Of a DNA stretch of 64,000 nt, positions 1 through 11,930 are shown one piece after another (within the stretch, counting starts at the first letter, position 1; every line of letters starts with the position of its first letter). The translations under genes were made by a program, and so were the position numbers. Origin of the DNA: Leptospira sp. (lineage in GTDB: Bacteria; Spirochaetota; Leptospiria; Leptospirales; Leptospiraceae). The notes beneath the pieces were generated by a model. That model was not told the origin of the DNA, searched no databases, and worked only from the letters and a program-made list of their open reading frames with translations. The stretch is taken from the NCBI GenBank assembly GCA_034439575.1, contig JAWXAQ010000027.1:160001-224000 (forward strand), read 5' to 3'.

Positions 1-1
1 T

Positions 2-1498
2 ATCAATAAGTTGGATAAGTTTACCGACTTTTTGGACAATTTGATCGACCTAGAAGATATTTTAGGAAAATCACCTGTCGTTCTTTTTGAAGGGGAATCT
101 GATTTAACTCACATTAAATTCTTTCCACATACAACAGAACCCTTTTCAGATCAGATCAAAGACGAACTGATACAATGGTCTGATGAATTAGTTATATCCT
201 CTTGGGAAAATACGAGTTCAAAAGATAAACTTGCTCTGAAAGGTTTAATCGAAGGAACTAATGTCTGTAAATTGTATCCTGCTTACGGGGGATCAGCAAA
301 ATCAGGGGCAGGGGTTAGAGAGTTATTAGATCTAGTATGTTTATTAACAATGGTTGAAAAAAAAGGATCAAAAGATACAGAGCAATTTGTTTTAGCTCGC
401 AGAATTCATCCAGATAACGGCCGCTATTCGGTGATTTACACCAAAGACAGAATATCCTTTCCCTTCCAATATAAGTCCAAGTCTGATAATTACCGCATTG
501 CCATAGCTTACAAATTAAATGAAAATACTTTTGAGCGCATAACAGAAGCAGATGCCTCTATGTTGTATGTCTTGCCTTTTGATCCAAAATATGTTTGTTT
601 GCCAGGTTTTAACATTATGTCGCCTAAATACTCTGAGCTAACCTTGGAAAATGGGCAATTCTTAAGAAGTCCCTTTTTGCTAAATCTAGAACCAGAACTT
701 TCCGAAGAAAAAGAATTTTGGCTTACTAGACTTAGCGAACTGTCTTGGGAAGACCCAAGTTATGTCACAAAGGAAAATGGGGAGACTGGACAGATTGAAC
801 TTTCGGGTAGGGGTGAGCTTCATCTTGAAATTGGAGTGCAAAGAATCCAAGAAAATACGAAAAAAAAATTACATATCAGTGCGATAAACATTGCGAGATT
901 TGAGCGCTTCAAGAAAGTGACACATAAGGTTGCACTAGAGCATCGTGCCTTTGAAGATTCAAAGTCAAGTGGTACGCTCACCGCATTCCTGGAAGATACT
1001 GCCGATTTTTCAAAGCAAGTTGCCTTTGAGGTAAGTCTTCCGGAAGAAGTTAAAAACTCGATTGAGACCGCTTTCTATGAATCCGCTTCGGTGGGATTCT
1101 TCGGTTATGACGTATTAGGTGTTCGATTGCGAGTGATCGCTTTTGATATGCCTCTTTCAGGTAGGGAGTTCGCGCCGTCCTTATTGAAAGTTGCCGTTCA
1201 TATCGGAATGAAAGAAGGGTTTCATGAGAACACCGAGATCATCGGACCGCAAACAGAGTTAGAAATACTCGTGGATGCGATTCATGTAGGTGTAGTTCTT
1301 TCTGAGTTAAACCGTCGTTCTGCGAAAATCCATTCGGTGGATGAAGAACGGGCAGGTAAGAGTCGCTTAAAAGCCACGGCATCGGCACAAAACATGCTTG
1401 GCTTTTCAGGGGCTCTTAGAAACATGACCAAAGGGATTGGCATTTCTTGGGAAAGGACTGCTTTAACCTCTGAAATTTATGCAGTTCTAAAGGAGTAA
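2..1498 (+). CDS. Divergent elongation factor G-like protein (5'-truncated by window edge)
   Basis: Frame open from position 2 reads INKLDK (GTPase G4 NKxD motif); EF-G domain III motif EDPS...ETGQ..LSGRGELHLEI; domain V-like C-terminus; directly upstream of tuf. Confidence 0.85.
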   Translation: MNKLDKFTDFLDNLIDLEDILGKSPVVLFEGESDLTHIKFFPHTTEPFSDQIKDELIQWSDELVISSWENTSSKDKLALKGLIEGTNVCKLYPAYGGSAKSGAGVRELLDLVCLLTMVEKKGSKDTEQFVLARRIHPDNGRYSVIYTKDRISFPFQYKSKSDNYRIAIAYKLNENTFERITEADASMLYVLPFDPKYVCLPGFNIMSPKYSELTLENGQFLRSPFLLNLEPELSEEKEFWLTRLSELSWEDPSYVTKENGETGQIELSGRGELHLEIGVQRIQENTKKKLHISAINIARFERFKKVTHKVALEHRAFEDSKSSGTLTAFLEDTADFSKQVAFEVSLPEEVKNSIETAFYESASVGFFGYDVLGVRLRVIAFDMPLSGREFAPSLLKVAVHIGMKEGFHENTEIIGPQTELEILVDAIHVGVVLSELNRRSAKIHSVDEERAGKSRLKATASAQNMLGFSGALRNMTKGIGISWERTALTSEIYAVLKE

Positions 1499-1546
1499 AG
1501 AACCCGAATCGGGTCTTGCACCACGATTGAGGAGTAGATTCTAACA

Positions 1547-2752
1547 ATGGCTAAAGAAAAATTTGACCGTTCAAAACCACACTTAAACATCGGAACAATT
1601 GGTCACGTTGACCACGGTAAAACTACGTTAACTGCTGCTATTACAACTACACTAGCTAAAATAGTGGGTGGTAAAAACAAAGCGGTAGCGTATGACCAAA
1701 TTGATAACGCACCTGAAGAAAAGGCTCGTGGGATTACTATTGCTACTTCCCACCAAGAATATGAAACTCCTAATCGTCATTATGCGCACGTAGATTGTCC
1801 AGGTCACGCCGACTATGTTAAAAACATGATTACCGGTGCCGCTCAGATGGATGCTGCTATATTGGTTGTTTCTGCAACTGACGGAGCCATGCCGCAAACG
1901 AAAGAACACATCCTTCTTGCTCGCCAAGTTGGTGTTCCATACATCGTAGTTTATTTAAACAAAGCTGACATGCTTGCTGCTGATGAAAGAGACGATATGA
2001 TTGAAATGGTTAAAGAAGAGATCAAAGACCTTCTTAACAAATACAATTTCCCTGGTGATAAAACACCTTTCGTTTCTGGTTCAGCTCTTAAAGCACTTGA
2101 AGGCGAAGATTCAGACCTTGGAATGAAATCAATTGTTAAGCTTATGGAAGCTGTTGATTCCTATGTTCCAAATCCTACTAGAATCATCGACAAACCTTTC
2201 CTTATGCCTGTTGAAGACGTTTTCTCGATCACTGGTCGTGGAACTGTTGCTACTGGTCGTGTTGAGCAAGGTATTCTTAAAATCAATGATGAGATCGAAA
2301 TCGTTGGTATCCGTGATACTACGAAGTCGGTTGTTACTGGAATTGAAATGTTCCGTAAACTTCTAGACCAAGCAGAAGCTGGCGACAATATCGGCGCTCT
2401 TCTTCGTGGAACAAAAAAAGAAGACATCGAGAGAGGACAAGTTCTTGCGAAACCAGGAACTATCACTCCACACAGAAAATTTAAAGCTGAAGTTTACGTT
2501 CTCACTAAAGATGAAGGTGGACGTCATACTCCATTCTTTAATAACTATCGCCCACAGTTCTACTTCAGAACTACAGACATCACTGGTGTTTGTAACCTGC
2601 CTGCAGGTATGGAAATGGTTATGCCAGGTGACAACGTTACGATGTCAATTGAGTTGATTCATCCGATTGCGATGGACCAAGGACTAAAATTCGCTATCCG
2701 TGAGGGTGGAAGAACGATCGGTTCTGGTGTTGTTGCGGAGATCGTTGAGTAA
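1547..2752 (+). CDS. tuf: Elongation factor Tu
   Basis: [32 protein letters not shown] motifs; SD GAGGAG upstream. Confidence 0.99.
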   Translation: MAKEKFDRSKPHLNIGTIGHVDHGKTTLTAAITTTLAKIVGGKNKAVAYDQIDNAPEEKARGITIATSHQEYETPNRHYAHVDCPGHADYVKNMITGAAQMDAAILVVSATDGAMPQTKEHILLARQVGVPYIVVYLNKADMLAADERDDMIEMVKEEIKDLLNKYNFPGDKTPFVSGSALKALEGEDSDLGMKSIVKLMEAVDSYVPNPTRIIDKPFLMPVEDVFSITGRGTVATGRVEQGILKINDEIEIVGIRDTTKSVVTGIEMFRKLLDQAEAGDNIGALLRGTKKEDIERGQVLAKPGTITPHRKFKAEVYVLTKDEGGRHTPFFNNYRPQFYFRTTDITGVCNLPAGMEMVMPGDNVTMSIELIHPIAMDQGLKFAIREGGRTIGSGVVAEIVE

Positions 2753-2756
2753 TTAA

Positions 2757-3065
2757 ATGGCAGGACAAAGAATTCGCGTTAAGTTGAAAGCTTTCGATCA
2801 TAGGTTGATAGACCAATCAACTTATGAGATCGTTGCGACTGCGAAAAGGACCGGAGCTACTGTTTCCGGTCCCATTCCACTCCCAACGAAAAAAGAAATC
2901 TACACGGTTTTACGTTCCCCTCACGTGAATAAAAAAGCTAGGGAACAATTCGAAATGAGAACTCATAAGAGACTCATAGATATTTTAAATACTAATGAAG
3001 ATACTGTAGAGGCTCTAATGAAGCTTCAACTCCCGGCGGGAGTCTCAGTGGACATTAAATCCTAA
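2757..3065 (+). CDS. rpsJ: 30S ribosomal protein S10
   Basis: [37 protein letters not shown]. Confidence 0.99.
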   Translation: MAGQRIRVKLKAFDHRLIDQSTYEIVATAKRTGATVSGPIPLPTKKEIYTVLRSPHVNKKAREQFEMRTHKRLIDILNTNEDTVEALMKLQLPAGVSVDIKS

Positions 3066-3076
3066 GGATAGGATCC

Positions 3077-3700
3077 ATGGCAAAAGGTTTACTCGGCGAA
3101 AAATTGGGCATGGCCCACATCTTTAATGACGAAGGTAAAATGGTTACTGTTACCATTTTGCGTGTGGGTCCTTGTTTTGTGTCACAAGTTAAGACACAGG
3201 GTGTTGATGGATATGATTCCGTCCAACTCGCGTTTGATGATTCTAAAGAAAAAAATCTTTCTAAAGCAGAGATAGGACATTTAAAAAAAGCAAATATTGC
3301 TGCAAAGCAACATCTAGCAGAATTCAAAGGTTTCGATGGCTTGACTCTCGGCGCTGAACTTAAACTAGGTGATGTCTTTGCTCTGAATGACGTTGTGAAA
3401 GTTTCTGGAACTTCTAAGGGCAAGGGAACGCAAGGTGTTGTAAAACGTCATGGTTTCGCGGGTGGTCCGAAAGGTCACGGTTCTCGTTTTCAAAGACATC
3501 CTGGATCCATTGGATCTAACACTACGCCTGGTCGTGTGTTTAAAGGATTGAAAATGGGTGGGCGAATGGGGAATGCGGAAAGCACAGTTCGTAACCTAAA
3601 AGTTGTTAAAATCGAACCAGAATCAAATTTAGTTTTTGTTTCCGGATCTGTTCCGGGACGCGACAGATCGATCATTATGATTGAGAAAACCGGTAATTAG
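3077..3700 (+). CDS. rplC: 50S ribosomal protein L3
   Basis: [30 protein letters not shown]10 operon order. Confidence 0.98.
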   Translation: MAKGLLGEKLGMAHIFNDEGKMVTVTILRVGPCFVSQVKTQGVDGYDSVQLAFDDSKEKNLSKAEIGHLKKANIAAKQHLAEFKGFDGLTLGAELKLGDVFALNDVVKVSGTSKGKGTQGVVKRHGFAGGPKGHGSRFQRHPGSIGSNTTPGRVFKGLKMGGRMGNAESTVRNLKVVKIEPESNLVFVSGSVPGRDRSIIMIEKTGN

Positions 3701-3708
3701 GAAAAGAT

Positions 3709-4344
3709 ATGAAAGCACGTAAATATAATAAAGAGGGAGTCTTCGTTAGCGAAGTCGAATTGCCAGCAAATTTATTTGGAACTGGTATCTCCCTTGGTGC
3801 CATCTACGACGCAGTAAAAGCTGAAAATGCAAATATGCGTCAAGGAACACATTCTACAAAAGACAGATCGGAAGTAAGAGGTGGTGGTAAAAAACCATGG
3901 GCTCAAAAAGGTACAGGTCGTGCTCGTCAAGGTTCGATTCGTGCACCTCATTTCGTGGGTGGTGGTATCATTCACGGACCAAAGCCTAGAGATTATTCTT
4001 CTAACCTTTCGCGTTCTGTTAAGAAAAAAGCTGTGCTTTCTATTTTAAATAAAAAAGCAGAAGAGAGCCGCATTTCCATTATTGAAGATGTGGAACCATC
4101 AGCTTATTCTACGAAGTCAATTTTTAATATCTTAAAGAAAATGGAAATTGCGGACAAAGGAAATGTTGGTTTGGTTGTAGCTGGTGAAAACCAGTTCTTA
4201 AAAAGATCAACTCGCAATATCGAAAATCTAAAGTATGTAAACAGCAAACGTATGGTTTGTCGTGATATTCTTTATAACAATAACTTAATCATCGCTGAGA
4301 GTGCTCTTAAAGAGTTAGTTGCTCAGTATAGTAAGCAGGCATAA
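3709..4344 (+). CDS. rplD: 50S ribosomal protein L4
   Basis: [33 protein letters not shown]. Confidence 0.98.
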   Translation: MKARKYNKEGVFVSEVELPANLFGTGISLGAIYDAVKAENANMRQGTHSTKDRSEVRGGGKKPWAQKGTGRARQGSIRAPHFVGGGIIHGPKPRDYSSNLSRSVKKKAVLSILNKKAEESRISIIEDVEPSAYSTKSIFNILKKMEIADKGNVGLVVAGENQFLKRSTRNIENLKYVNSKRMVCRDILYNNNLIIAESALKELVAQYSKQA

Positions 4345-4348
4345 TAAA

Positions 4349-4654
4349 GTGAACCTTGAAAATGTAATCTTATCACCTGTTGTGACTGAAAAATCACAAG
4401 AATTACAATCCATTGGCGAAAGAATGGGAAAAAGAACTGTTAAGTATACGTTTAAAGTTCACCCTGACGCTAATAAAACGCTCGTTAAGCAAGCGTTAAA
4501 GAAAATGTATAATGTTGTTCCATCAGCTGTGAATATCGCAGTGTTTCGTGGAAAAATGAAAAAATTCCGCAATATGCCTTCGCAAAGACCTCATTACAAG
4601 AAAGCTGTAGTGACTTTTGTTGATGGTGCGAATCTGGATTTTGCTAAGGTTTAA
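4349..4654 (+). CDS. rplW: 50S ribosomal protein L23
   Basis: [28 protein letters not shown] at 4349 just after rplD stop chosen as start. Confidence 0.95.
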   Translation: MNLENVILSPVVTEKSQELQSIGERMGKRTVKYTFKVHPDANKTLVKQALKKMYNVVPSAVNIAVFRGKMKKFRNMPSQRPHYKKAVVTFVDGANLDFAKV

Positions 4655-4656
4655 TC

Positions 4657-5493
4657 ATGGGAATTAGAAAACTAAAACCAACGACTCAGAGCTCACGTTT
4701 CTATTCTGTTCTTGATTTCAAAGAAGTGACAGAAGCAGTACCGTACAAACCTTTAACTACAAATACTAACTACAAAGCTGGCCGCAGTAATGATGGTCGC
4801 ATTGCTGTTCGTCGTAAAGGTGGAAGGAACAAAAGAAAGTTCAGAATCATAGATTTCAAAAGAAACAAAGTAGGGATTCCTGCTTCTGTAAAAACAATTG
4901 AATATGATCCAAACCGTTCTGCATTTATCGCACTTGTTTGTTATGCGGACGGCGAATACAGATATATATTAGCACCTCATGGTCTTAAAGTGGGAGACAA
5001 AGTTCTCTCTGGACCTACAGCAGAAATCAAACTAGGGAATACACTTCCTTTAGACAAAATTCCTGCGGGAACAAATGTTCATAATATCGAATTGCACATT
5101 GGCAAAGGTGGTCAGATCGCAAGAACTGCCGGATCCTTTGCGGTAATTGCGGCAAAAGACGGTGACTACGTTAGTCTTAGACTTCCTTCTTCGGAAGTTC
5201 GTAAGATCAGAAAAGAATGTGTCGCAACCATTGGTGAACTTTCCAACAAAGACCACAACCAAGTCATCATTGGTAAAGCTGGTAGAAATCGTTGGTTAGG
5301 TAAAAGACCAAAAGTAAGAGGCGTTGTCATGAACCCAGTGGATCACCCACTCGGTGGTGGGGAAGGTAGAACTTCCGGTGGACGTCATCCAGTAACTCCG
5401 TGGGGAAAACCAACAAAAGGTTGGAAAACTCGCAAAACGAAGCCTTCAGACCGCTTCATTGTCCAAAGACGTAAGAAAAATAGAAATAGGTAG
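4657..5493 (+). CDS. rplB: 50S ribosomal protein L2
   Basis: [31 protein letters not shown]. Confidence 0.99.
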   Translation: MGIRKLKPTTQSSRFYSVLDFKEVTEAVPYKPLTTNTNYKAGRSNDGRIAVRRKGGRNKRKFRIIDFKRNKVGIPASVKTIEYDPNRSAFIALVCYADGEYRYILAPHGLKVGDKVLSGPTAEIKLGNTLPLDKIPAGTNVHNIELHIGKGGQIARTAGSFAVIAAKDGDYVSLRLPSSEVRKIRKECVATIGELSNKDHNQVIIGKAGRNRWLGKRPKVRGVVMNPVDHPLGGGEGRTSGGRHPVTPWGKPTKGWKTRKTKPSDRFIVQRRKKNRNR

Positions 5494-5506
5494 GATCTAG
5501 AGTTCC

Positions 5507-5785
5507 ATGGCTAGAAGCTTAAAAAAAGGTCCCTTTATCGACGACCACCTCATGAAAAAGATCACCAAGTTAAACTCGGAAGGGAAAAAAAACCCATTCA
5601 AGTCTTGGTCAAGAAGAAGCACAATCTATCCTGATATGATTGGGCATACCGTAATGATTCACAATGGAAAGTCTTTCGTTCCAGTTTATGTAAACGAGAA
5701 CATGATTGGCCACAAACTTGGTGAATTTGCTCCTACTAGAACCTTCCGAGGTCATGGTGGGGACAAAAAAGTAGCGAAGAAATAG
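5507..5785 (+). CDS. rpsS: 30S ribosomal protein S19
   Basis: [28 protein letters not shown]. Confidence 0.99.
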   Translation: MARSLKKGPFIDDHLMKKITKLNSEGKKNPFKSWSRRSTIYPDMIGHTVMIHNGKSFVPVYVNENMIGHKLGEFAPTRTFRGHGGDKKVAKK

Positions 5786-5794
5786 GATTAGAGA

Positions 5795-6145
5795 ATGGAA
5801 GCCAAAGCAGTAGCGAAACACGTAAGAATTTCTGCTCGTAAAGCAAGACTTGTAGCAGATGAAATTCGCGGTTACGATTATAAAGAAGCGATTGATATCC
5901 TTCGTTTTACAAACAAAGCAGCAAGTTCAATGATCATTAACCTCTTGAACTCGGCAGTTGCGAATGCGATTCAAATGAATGAATCCCTTGATCCATCTAG
6001 CCTTTTTGTTAAAAAGATCTACATCGATGATGGTCCCATTATGAAACGTTATCGTCCTCGTGCACGTGGTCGTGCTTCAAGGATTCGTAAAAGACTAAGC
6101 CACATAACAGTGGTAGTTTCTGAGATAGAGAAAAAGGCAAAATAG
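5795..6145 (+). CDS. rplV: 50S ribosomal protein L22
   Basis: [34 protein letters not shown]. Confidence 0.98.
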   Translation: MEAKAVAKHVRISARKARLVADEIRGYDYKEAIDILRFTNKAASSMIINLLNSAVANAIQMNESLDPSSLFVKKIYIDDGPIMKRYRPRARGRASRIRKRLSHITVVVSEIEKKAK

Positions 6146-6148
6146 TAT

Positions 6149-6826
6149 ATGGGTCAAAAAGTAAATCCAATTGGTCTTCGTATCGGAATCACAAGAAATT
6201 GGGACTCCATCTGGTTTTCAAAACAAGATTATATTAAAAATCTTCACGAAGATATCAAAATTAGAAGGTTCTTACAAAAGAAGTTTAAAAATGCCTCTGT
6301 TGTAAAGATCGTAATCGAAAGATTTCCTGAAAAAATAAATATCAACCTTCATACAGCTAAGCCTGGTATGGTGATTGGCCAAAAAGGTCAGAACATTGAA
6401 GCAGTGAAACAAGACCTCAAAAAGATGGCCGATAAACCAATTGGCATGAACATCATTGAAGTTAAAAAACCTGAAATCATTGCACAAGCGATCGCAGAAA
6501 CTGTAGCTCTTCAAATTGAGCAACGTATGCCTTTCCGTCGAGTTATGAAAGCTGAGTTAAGACGTGCTATGCGTGGTGGAGTTGAAGGTGTTAAAATCCA
6601 GATCTCCGGACGTTTGAACGGGGCAGATATGGCTCGGACTGAAAAGTATATGGAAGGACGAGTTCCATTACATACACTTCGCGCAAAAATCGATTTCGGA
6701 TTCAAAGAAGCACTTACTACATTTGGACAAATTGGTGTAAAGGTTTGGACTTATACGGGAGATTATTTCCCGACAAAAGAAGAATCAGAAGAAGATAAGT
6801 ACGCTGTTAAACGAAGAACAAGTTAA
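6149..6826 (+). CDS. rpsC: 30S ribosomal protein S3
   Basis: [35 protein letters not shown]. Confidence 0.99.
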   Translation: MGQKVNPIGLRIGITRNWDSIWFSKQDYIKNLHEDIKIRRFLQKKFKNASVVKIVIERFPEKININLHTAKPGMVIGQKGQNIEAVKQDLKKMADKPIGMNIIEVKKPEIIAQAIAETVALQIEQRMPFRRVMKAELRRAMRGGVEGVKIQISGRLNGADMARTEKYMEGRVPLHTLRAKIDFGFKEALTTFGQIGVKVWTYTGDYFPTKEESEEDKYAVKRRTS

Positions 6827-6848
6827 GAACTGATAAAGAGAAACTAAA

Positions 6849-7262
6849 ATGTTAGCACCTAAGCGAGTTAAATTTAGAAAACGCCAAAGAGGGCGTCTGA
6901 AAGGCAAAGACGAAAGAGGTTCTTACGTCGCTTTTGGAGAATACGGATTAAAAGCCATTAGTTCAGGAAGAATCACAGCTCGCCAAATTGAGGCAGCTAG
7001 GATTACCATCAACCGCCAAGTAAAACGTGGTGGGAAATTATGGATTCGTATTTTTCCTCATCTACCTATTACCAAAAAACCTGCTGAAACCAGGATGGGT
7101 AAAGGAAAGGGAAATCCAGAATTCTGGATTGCTGAGATTCGTCCAGGCCGTGTTCTTTTTGAAATGGCGGGTATAGACGAAGAAACAGCAAGAAAAGCTC
7201 TCCACCTAGCTGCATTTAAACTGCCAGTGGAAACAGCTTTCGTTAAGAGGAACATACTATGA
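6849..7262 (+). CDS. rplP: 50S ribosomal protein L16
   Basis: [20 protein letters not shown]. Confidence 0.99.
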   Translation: MLAPKRVKFRKRQRGRLKGKDERGSYVAFGEYGLKAISSGRITARQIEAARITINRQVKRGGKLWIRIFPHLPITKKPAETRMGKGKGNPEFWIAEIRPGRVLFEMAGIDEETARKALHLAAFKLPVETAFVKRNIL

Positions 7263-7531
7263 AAGATAATTTTAAATCTTTATCTGCAGATGAATTGAAA
7301 AAAGAAATTCAATCTTCTTCAGAAGAAGTTAGAAAAGCAAGATTTCAATATGGTGTTACTAGATCTCTTGAGAATCCTAGAGTGATTAGAAATCATAAAA
7401 AAAGAATCGCCCAAGCTCTTACCATCATTCGTGAGAAAGAGTTAACAGCCGCTGGAAAGTTAAAACAAATTCCAGCTAAAGCAGGTAAGCCAGCGCAAGC
7501 AGCAAAACCAGCTAAGGGCAAGAAGAAGTAG
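7259..7531 (+). CDS. rpmC: 50S ribosomal protein L29 with basic C-terminal extension
   Basis: RFQ....[15 protein letters not shown]; position between rplP and rpsQ. Confidence 0.93.
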   Translation: MKDNFKSLSADELKKEIQSSSEEVRKARFQYGVTRSLENPRVIRNHKKRIAQALTIIREKELTAAGKLKQIPAKAGKPAQAAKPAKGKKK

Positions 7532-7534
7532 GTT

Positions 7535-7804
7535 ATGGAAGATAAGAACGCAAAAAAATCTTTAACCATACAGGGTGTCGTAGTTAGCGATGCGATGGAT
7601 AAAACTGTAGTGATTGAAGTGATCACTAGAAAAGTTCATCCTCGTTTCAAAAAAATTATGACAAAGACATCCCGTGTGAAGATCCACGATGAGAAAAACG
7701 AATGTCAAGTTGGCGACCGAGTGATCGCAGTTGAAACTCGCCCTCTTTCAAAACAAAAACACCACAAGCTCCTGAAAGTGGTAGAAAAGGCTAAACTAGT
7801 ATGA
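7535..7804 (+). CDS. rpsQ: 30S ribosomal protein S17
   Basis: [24 protein letters not shown]...ETRPLSK. Confidence 0.98.
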   Translation: MEDKNAKKSLTIQGVVVSDAMDKTVVIEVITRKVHPRFKKIMTKTSRVKIHDEKNECQVGDRVIAVETRPLSKQKHHKLLKVVEKAKLV

Positions 7805-8193
7805 TCCAGCAAGAAACTATTTTACAAGTTGCCGATAACTCGGGTGTAAAAAAAGTCATGTGCGTTAAAGTACTTGGCGGCTCAAAGAAACGTTATGCGA
7901 CTCTCGGTGACGAAATCATAGTAGCTGTTAAGGATGCACAACCTGCCTACGGTCTCCGTGATGGTCAGGGTAAAAAAGTTCACAACAAGGCTGTTCAAAG
8001 AGCTGTTGTTGTTCGAACCAAAAAGGAAGTTCGTAGAGCAGACGGAACTTACATTCGTTTTGATGATAACGCTGTCGCTATCATTGATGACAAAGGTAAT
8101 CCTAAAGGAACCCGTATTTTCGGGCCAGTAGCTCGTGAACTTCGTGATAAAAAATACATGAAAATCATCTCTCTTGCTCCGGAGGTTCTATAA
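7801..8193 (+). CDS. rplN: 50S ribosomal protein L14
   Basis: [36 protein letters not shown]. Confidence 0.99.
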   Translation: MIQQETILQVADNSGVKKVMCVKVLGGSKKRYATLGDEIIVAVKDAQPAYGLRDGQGKKVHNKAVQRAVVVRTKKEVRRADGTYIRFDDNAVAIIDDKGNPKGTRIFGPVARELRDKKYMKIISLAPEVL

Positions 8194-8194
8194 A

Positions 8195-8578
8195 ATGGCC
8201 ACTAAGTTAGCTTATCGTGGGTCGGAGCCTACGAAATTTAAAAAAACCAAGATCAAAAAAGACGATGAAGTTTTGGTCATTGCCGGAAAAGAAAAAGGCA
8301 AAAAAGGAAAGGTTTTAGCAGTCGATAAACGTAAAGATCGTGTTTACATCGAAGGCGTAAACAAAAGACGTCGTTACGTTCGACCAACGCAAGAAAACCC
8401 ACAAGGTGGGGCGATTGAAATCGAATTCCCGATCCACCTTTCCAACGTTATGTTTTCGGATGCTAAAGCTGATAACAAGGCTAAGCCAAAGAAGAAAATT
8501 AAGGCTGTACGCTTAGGGTTTTTGAAAAAAGATGGAAAAACCGTAAGAGTGACTCGCCCTGAAGGGAAAGAAGTTTAA
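8195..8578 (+). CDS. rplX: 50S ribosomal protein L24
   Basis: KOW motif [32 protein letters not shown] at 8195 after rplN stop. Confidence 0.96.
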   Translation: MATKLAYRGSEPTKFKKTKIKKDDEVLVIAGKEKGKKGKVLAVDKRKDRVYIEGVNKRRRYVRPTQENPQGGAIEIEFPIHLSNVMFSDAKADNKAKPKKKIKAVRLGFLKKDGKTVRVTRPEGKEV

Positions 8579-8580
8579 AC

Positions 8581-9132
8581 ATGATACCTAGGCTTAAAGA
8601 TAAATACGAAAAGGTCATTCGCCCAAGTCTCCAAAAAGAACTTGGTTTTGAGAGTGTAATGCGTGTGCCTAAACTTGAAAAAATCGTAATCAATGTTGGG
8701 ATGGGCGAAGCTCATACCAACCCAAAAGCGATGGAAGCATGTTTAGTAGAAATTGGTCAAATCACAGGCCAAAGACCAGTAAAGACTTTTGCAAAGAAGT
8801 CAATCGCTGGTTTTAAAGTCCGTGAGGGTATGGTGCTTGGTTGCAAAGTTACCCTTCGTGGAAACTACATGTATGAGTTTCTTGACCGTTTTATAAACGT
8901 TGCTCTTCCGAGGGTTCGTGACTTTCGCGGGGTCAATCCAAAAGGATTCGATGGTCGTGGAAATTACAACTTATCCGTAAAAGAACAAATCATTTTTCCT
9001 GAAATCCATTTTGATAAGATCAATACGATTTATGGAATTAACATTACCTTTGTCACAAGTACAGAAGAAGACAAAGAAGCGTACGAATTATTTCAAGCTT
9101 TCGGCATGCCTTATCGTGCCGGGGGAAAATAG
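8581..9132 (+). CDS. rplE: 50S ribosomal protein L5
   Basis: [28 protein letters not shown]. Confidence 0.99.
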   Translation: MIPRLKDKYEKVIRPSLQKELGFESVMRVPKLEKIVINVGMGEAHTNPKAMEACLVEIGQITGQRPVKTFAKKSIAGFKVREGMVLGCKVTLRGNYMYEFLDRFINVALPRVRDFRGVNPKGFDGRGNYNLSVKEQIIFPEIHFDKINTIYGINITFVTSTEEDKEAYELFQAFGMPYRAGGK

Positions 9133-9141
9133 GAGAGAGTC

Positions 9142-9327
9142 ATGGCGAAAAAATCGATGATGGAACGCCACGCCAAAAAGCAAAAATTCAAAGTGAGAGA
9201 GTACAATCGTTGCCCTCTTTGTGGTCGCTCACGCGCTTATTTGCGCCGCTTTGATATGTGTCGTCTATGCTTCCGTGATTTAGCTAGTAAAGCTCAAATC
9301 CCTGGCGTAAGAAAATCCTCCTGGTAG
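9142..9327 (+). CDS. rpsN: 30S ribosomal protein S14, zinc-binding (C+) type
   Basis: 61 aa with CPLC...CRLC zinc motif, IPGVRKSSW. Confidence 0.98.
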   Translation: MAKKSMMERHAKKQKFKVREYNRCPLCGRSRAYLRRFDMCRLCFRDLASKAQIPGVRKSSW

Positions 9328-9349
9328 AATGTAGGAAAGGTTAATAAGA

Positions 9350-9748
9350 ATGAGTCTTTCAGATCCTATAGCAGATATGCTAACCCGAATCCGCAATGCA
9401 CAACAAGCTAAACATGAATTGTGTGTGATTCCGGGAAGTAAAATCAAAAAATCAATCCTAGACCTTCTCAAAGAAGAAGGTTTCGTAGATGAAATACAAA
9501 CAGTAAAGAATGGAAGTTTTGATGATTTCCAAGTTAAGCTAAAGTATGACCTCAATAAAAAACCCGTGATCAGAATGATCGAACGCGTGTCTACCCCTGG
9601 TAGACGTGTTTATATTCAATCATCGGAAATTCGTCCATTCAGAAACAATATCGGGACGATGATCCTTTCCACATCTAAAGGTGTGATGACAGGAAAACGA
9701 GCTCGAAAACTCAAGGTAGGAGGGGAAGTTCTTTGTAAGGTATTCTAA
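9350..9748 (+). CDS. rpsH: 30S ribosomal protein S8
   Basis: [34 protein letters not shown]. Confidence 0.99.
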   Translation: MSLSDPIADMLTRIRNAQQAKHELCVIPGSKIKKSILDLLKEEGFVDEIQTVKNGSFDDFQVKLKYDLNKKPVIRMIERVSTPGRRVYIQSSEIRPFRNNIGTMILSTSKGVMTGKRARKLKVGGEVLCKVF

Positions 9749-9768
9749 CCAAACAAAGGATCATCATC

Positions 9769-10308
9769 ATGTCTCGAGTCGGAAAAAGTATTATAAAATT
9801 ACCAGCAAAAGTTGAAATAAAAACAGATGCTAGCTCAATAACCGTAAAGGGCCCATTAGGCGAGCTTAAATCTCCAATTTATGAAGGTGTAGCGGCAAAA
9901 GTAGAGAATGGAGAACTTGTTTTTACAAGAAACAGCGAAGACCAAAAAGTCGTAGCTCTTCATGGACTTGTACGTTCCCTCGCTATGAATAGCGTAAAGG
10001 GTGTCACTACTGGTTGGGAAAAGAATTTAGAAATTACCGGTGTTGGTTATAGAGCACAAAAGAAGGGAAAGGATCTAGTGATGAACTTAGGTTATTCTCA
10101 TGAAGTTGTTTTTCCTGAACCAGACGGTATCAAAATTGATGTTTTAGACCAGTTGAAAATCAAAGTATCAGGAATTGACCGCCAATTGGTGGGTCAAGTT
10201 GCAGCTGATATACGTTCAAAACGTCCGCCAGAACCTTACAAGGGTAAGGGCGTGAAATACGCAAACGAATATATCAGACGTAAAGCTGGTAAGACTGGTA
10301 AGAAGTAA
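9769..10308 (+). CDS. rplF: 50S ribosomal protein L6
   Basis: [22 protein letters not shown]. Confidence 0.99.
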   Translation: MSRVGKSIIKLPAKVEIKTDASSITVKGPLGELKSPIYEGVAAKVENGELVFTRNSEDQKVVALHGLVRSLAMNSVKGVTTGWEKNLEITGVGYRAQKKGKDLVMNLGYSHEVVFPEPDGIKIDVLDQLKIKVSGIDRQLVGQVAADIRSKRPPEPYKGKGVKYANEYIRRKAGKTGKK

Positions 10309-10314
10309 GTAGCT

Positions 10315-10683
10315 ATGATCAACAAGACAGCAAAAAATTTACAAAGAGCAAGGCGAACTGAAAGAGTTCGCTTCAAATTAAAAGCTACATCTGAACGTCC
10401 GAGATTAGTTTTTAATAAATCAAATCGTTATTTAACTGCACAAGTCATTGATGACCAGAAAGGTGTAACGCTTGTTTATGCAACTACTCTTGAAAAGGAT
10501 TTTCCAAAACATGAAAATTCCAAAAAGAGTAAATCTGCAGCGGTCCAATTAGGTAAACTAATTGCTGACAAAGCAAAAAAAGCAGGCGTTTCTCAAGTTG
10601 TTTTGGATCGCTCTGGTATGGTGTATCATGGTCGAATTGCTGCCTTCGCTGATTCTGCTCGCGAAGGTGGTCTGGAGTTCTAA
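10315..10683 (+). CDS. rplR: 50S ribosomal protein L18
   Basis: [35 protein letters not shown]. Confidence 0.98.
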   Translation: MINKTAKNLQRARRTERVRFKLKATSERPRLVFNKSNRYLTAQVIDDQKGVTLVYATTLEKDFPKHENSKKSKSAAVQLGKLIADKAKKAGVSQVVLDRSGMVYHGRIAAFADSAREGGLEF

Positions 10684-10684
10684 G

Positions 10685-11191
10685 ATGATTTTAGAAGAAG
10701 AAACAAAAGAATTTACTGAAAAAGTCGTAAAAATCGACCGCGTAGCCAAAGTAGTAAAGGGTGGTAGAAGGTTTTCCTTCAACGCTCTTTCTGTGGTGGG
10801 AGACTCTAAAGGCAAAGTAGGAATTGGATTTGGTAAGGCCAATGAAGTTCCAGATGCCATTCGTAAGTCTATCGAATCTGCGAAAAAAAATCTTAAATCA
10901 ATTCATTATATTGGTCACACCGTCCCTCACGATGTTATCGGAAGTTTTAAATCAGCTCGTGTGATTTTGAAACCAGCTTCTCCTGGAACTGGAATCATTG
11001 CCGGTGCTTCTGTTCGTTCTGTATTAGAAAGAGCAGGTGTACAAGATGTTTTAACTAAATCATGGGGATCATCAAATCCTATGAACATTGTTAAAGCGAC
11101 TATGGACGCATTACAGCAATTAGAAACTCCTTCTATGGCAGTGAAAAGACGTGGAGTGAGCCTCAAACACTTGTTCGGTCAAGATCTTTAA
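10685..11191 (+). CDS. rpsE: 30S ribosomal protein S5
   Basis: [38 protein letters not shown] at 10685 after rplR stop. Confidence 0.98.
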   Translation: MILEEETKEFTEKVVKIDRVAKVVKGGRRFSFNALSVVGDSKGKVGIGFGKANEVPDAIRKSIESAKKNLKSIHYIGHTVPHDVIGSFKSARVILKPASPGTGIIAGASVRSVLERAGVQDVLTKSWGSSNPMNIVKATMDALQQLETPSMAVKRRGVSLKHLFGQDL

Positions 11192-11203
11192 AAGGAAATA
11201 GAT

Positions 11204-11383
11204 ATGGAAGAAGTATTGGTCACCCAAGAAAAAAGTTCTATTGGTATTATCCCAATCCATAAGAAAACTTTGATTGCTCTCGGTCTTCGTAAAAAAGGGC
11301 AATCACGTAAACATAAAATGACTCCGCAATTGAAGGGAATGCTTAGACAAGTTGGTTACCTTCTCAAAGTGGACAAGGTATAA
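11204..11383 (+). CDS. rpmD: 50S ribosomal protein L30 (not in ORF track, 59 aa)
   Basis: Hand translation [66 protein letters not shown]; lies between rpsE and rplO. Confidence 0.95.
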   Translation: MEEVLVTQEKSSIGIIPIHKKTLIALGLRKKGQSRKHKMTPQLKGMLRQVGYLLKVDKV

Positions 11384-11387
11384 ATAA

Positions 11388-11927
11388 ATGGCGACTGCAG
11401 AAAGAATTGAACATGCAAGAGGATTTGGCAGTAAACGTGCCAAAAAGACCACTTCGCTTGGAAACAAAAACTTAGTCCCAATTCCAAAGGGAGCAAAAAC
11501 TTCCAAAAAAAGAGTCGGACAAGGTCCTGGTTCTGGAATGGGAAAAACTTCTACTCGAGGTTCGAAAGGACAAAGAGCTCGTGCATCCTCCATGAAACGA
11601 GGGTTTGAGGGTGGTCAGATGCCACTTCACAAACGATTGCCGAAACGTGGTTTTACAAATATTTTTTCACAGGAATTCCAACCAGTTAACTTGCTTGTAC
11701 TAGCTAAAGCGGGCTTAAGTGGTGAAGTAACTCCTGCTATTTTACGTGCAAAAAGACTTATCAAATCCGAAGAAGGTTTAATCAAACTTCTAGGAACTGG
11801 TGAAATCACTGCTGCGATTACAATTACCGTTGATGCTGTTTCCGCTTCTGCAAAAGTAAAAATCGAGAAAGCTGGTGGAAAAGTAATCATTAGAGAAAAG
11901 AAAAAAGAAGAGAAGAAAAAAGCATAA
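11388..11927 (+). CDS. rplO: 50S ribosomal protein L15
   Basis: RVGQGPGSGMGKTSTRGSKGQ, GFEGGQMPL..RLPKRGF. Confidence 0.98.
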   Translation: MATAERIEHARGFGSKRAKKTTSLGNKNLVPIPKGAKTSKKRVGQGPGSGMGKTSTRGSKGQRARASSMKRGFEGGQMPLHKRLPKRGFTNIFSQEFQPVNLLVLAKAGLSGEVTPAILRAKRLIKSEEGLIKLLGTGEITAAITITVDAVSASAKVKIEKAGGKVIIREKKKEEKKKA

Positions 11928-11930
11928 CCA

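Noticed and set aside
1498..1517. Small hairpin AAGAACCCG-AAT-CGGGTCTT between EF-G-like gene and tuf
   Set aside because: Short stem, no U tract; cannot call a terminator or processing site from sequence alone
10562..10684. ORF-track N-terminal extensions of rpsE (also rplW, rplX, purC, sufU-like, pdhA, TIGR02757)
   Set aside because: They overlap upstream genes or lack an SD; downstream starts fit family N-termini better
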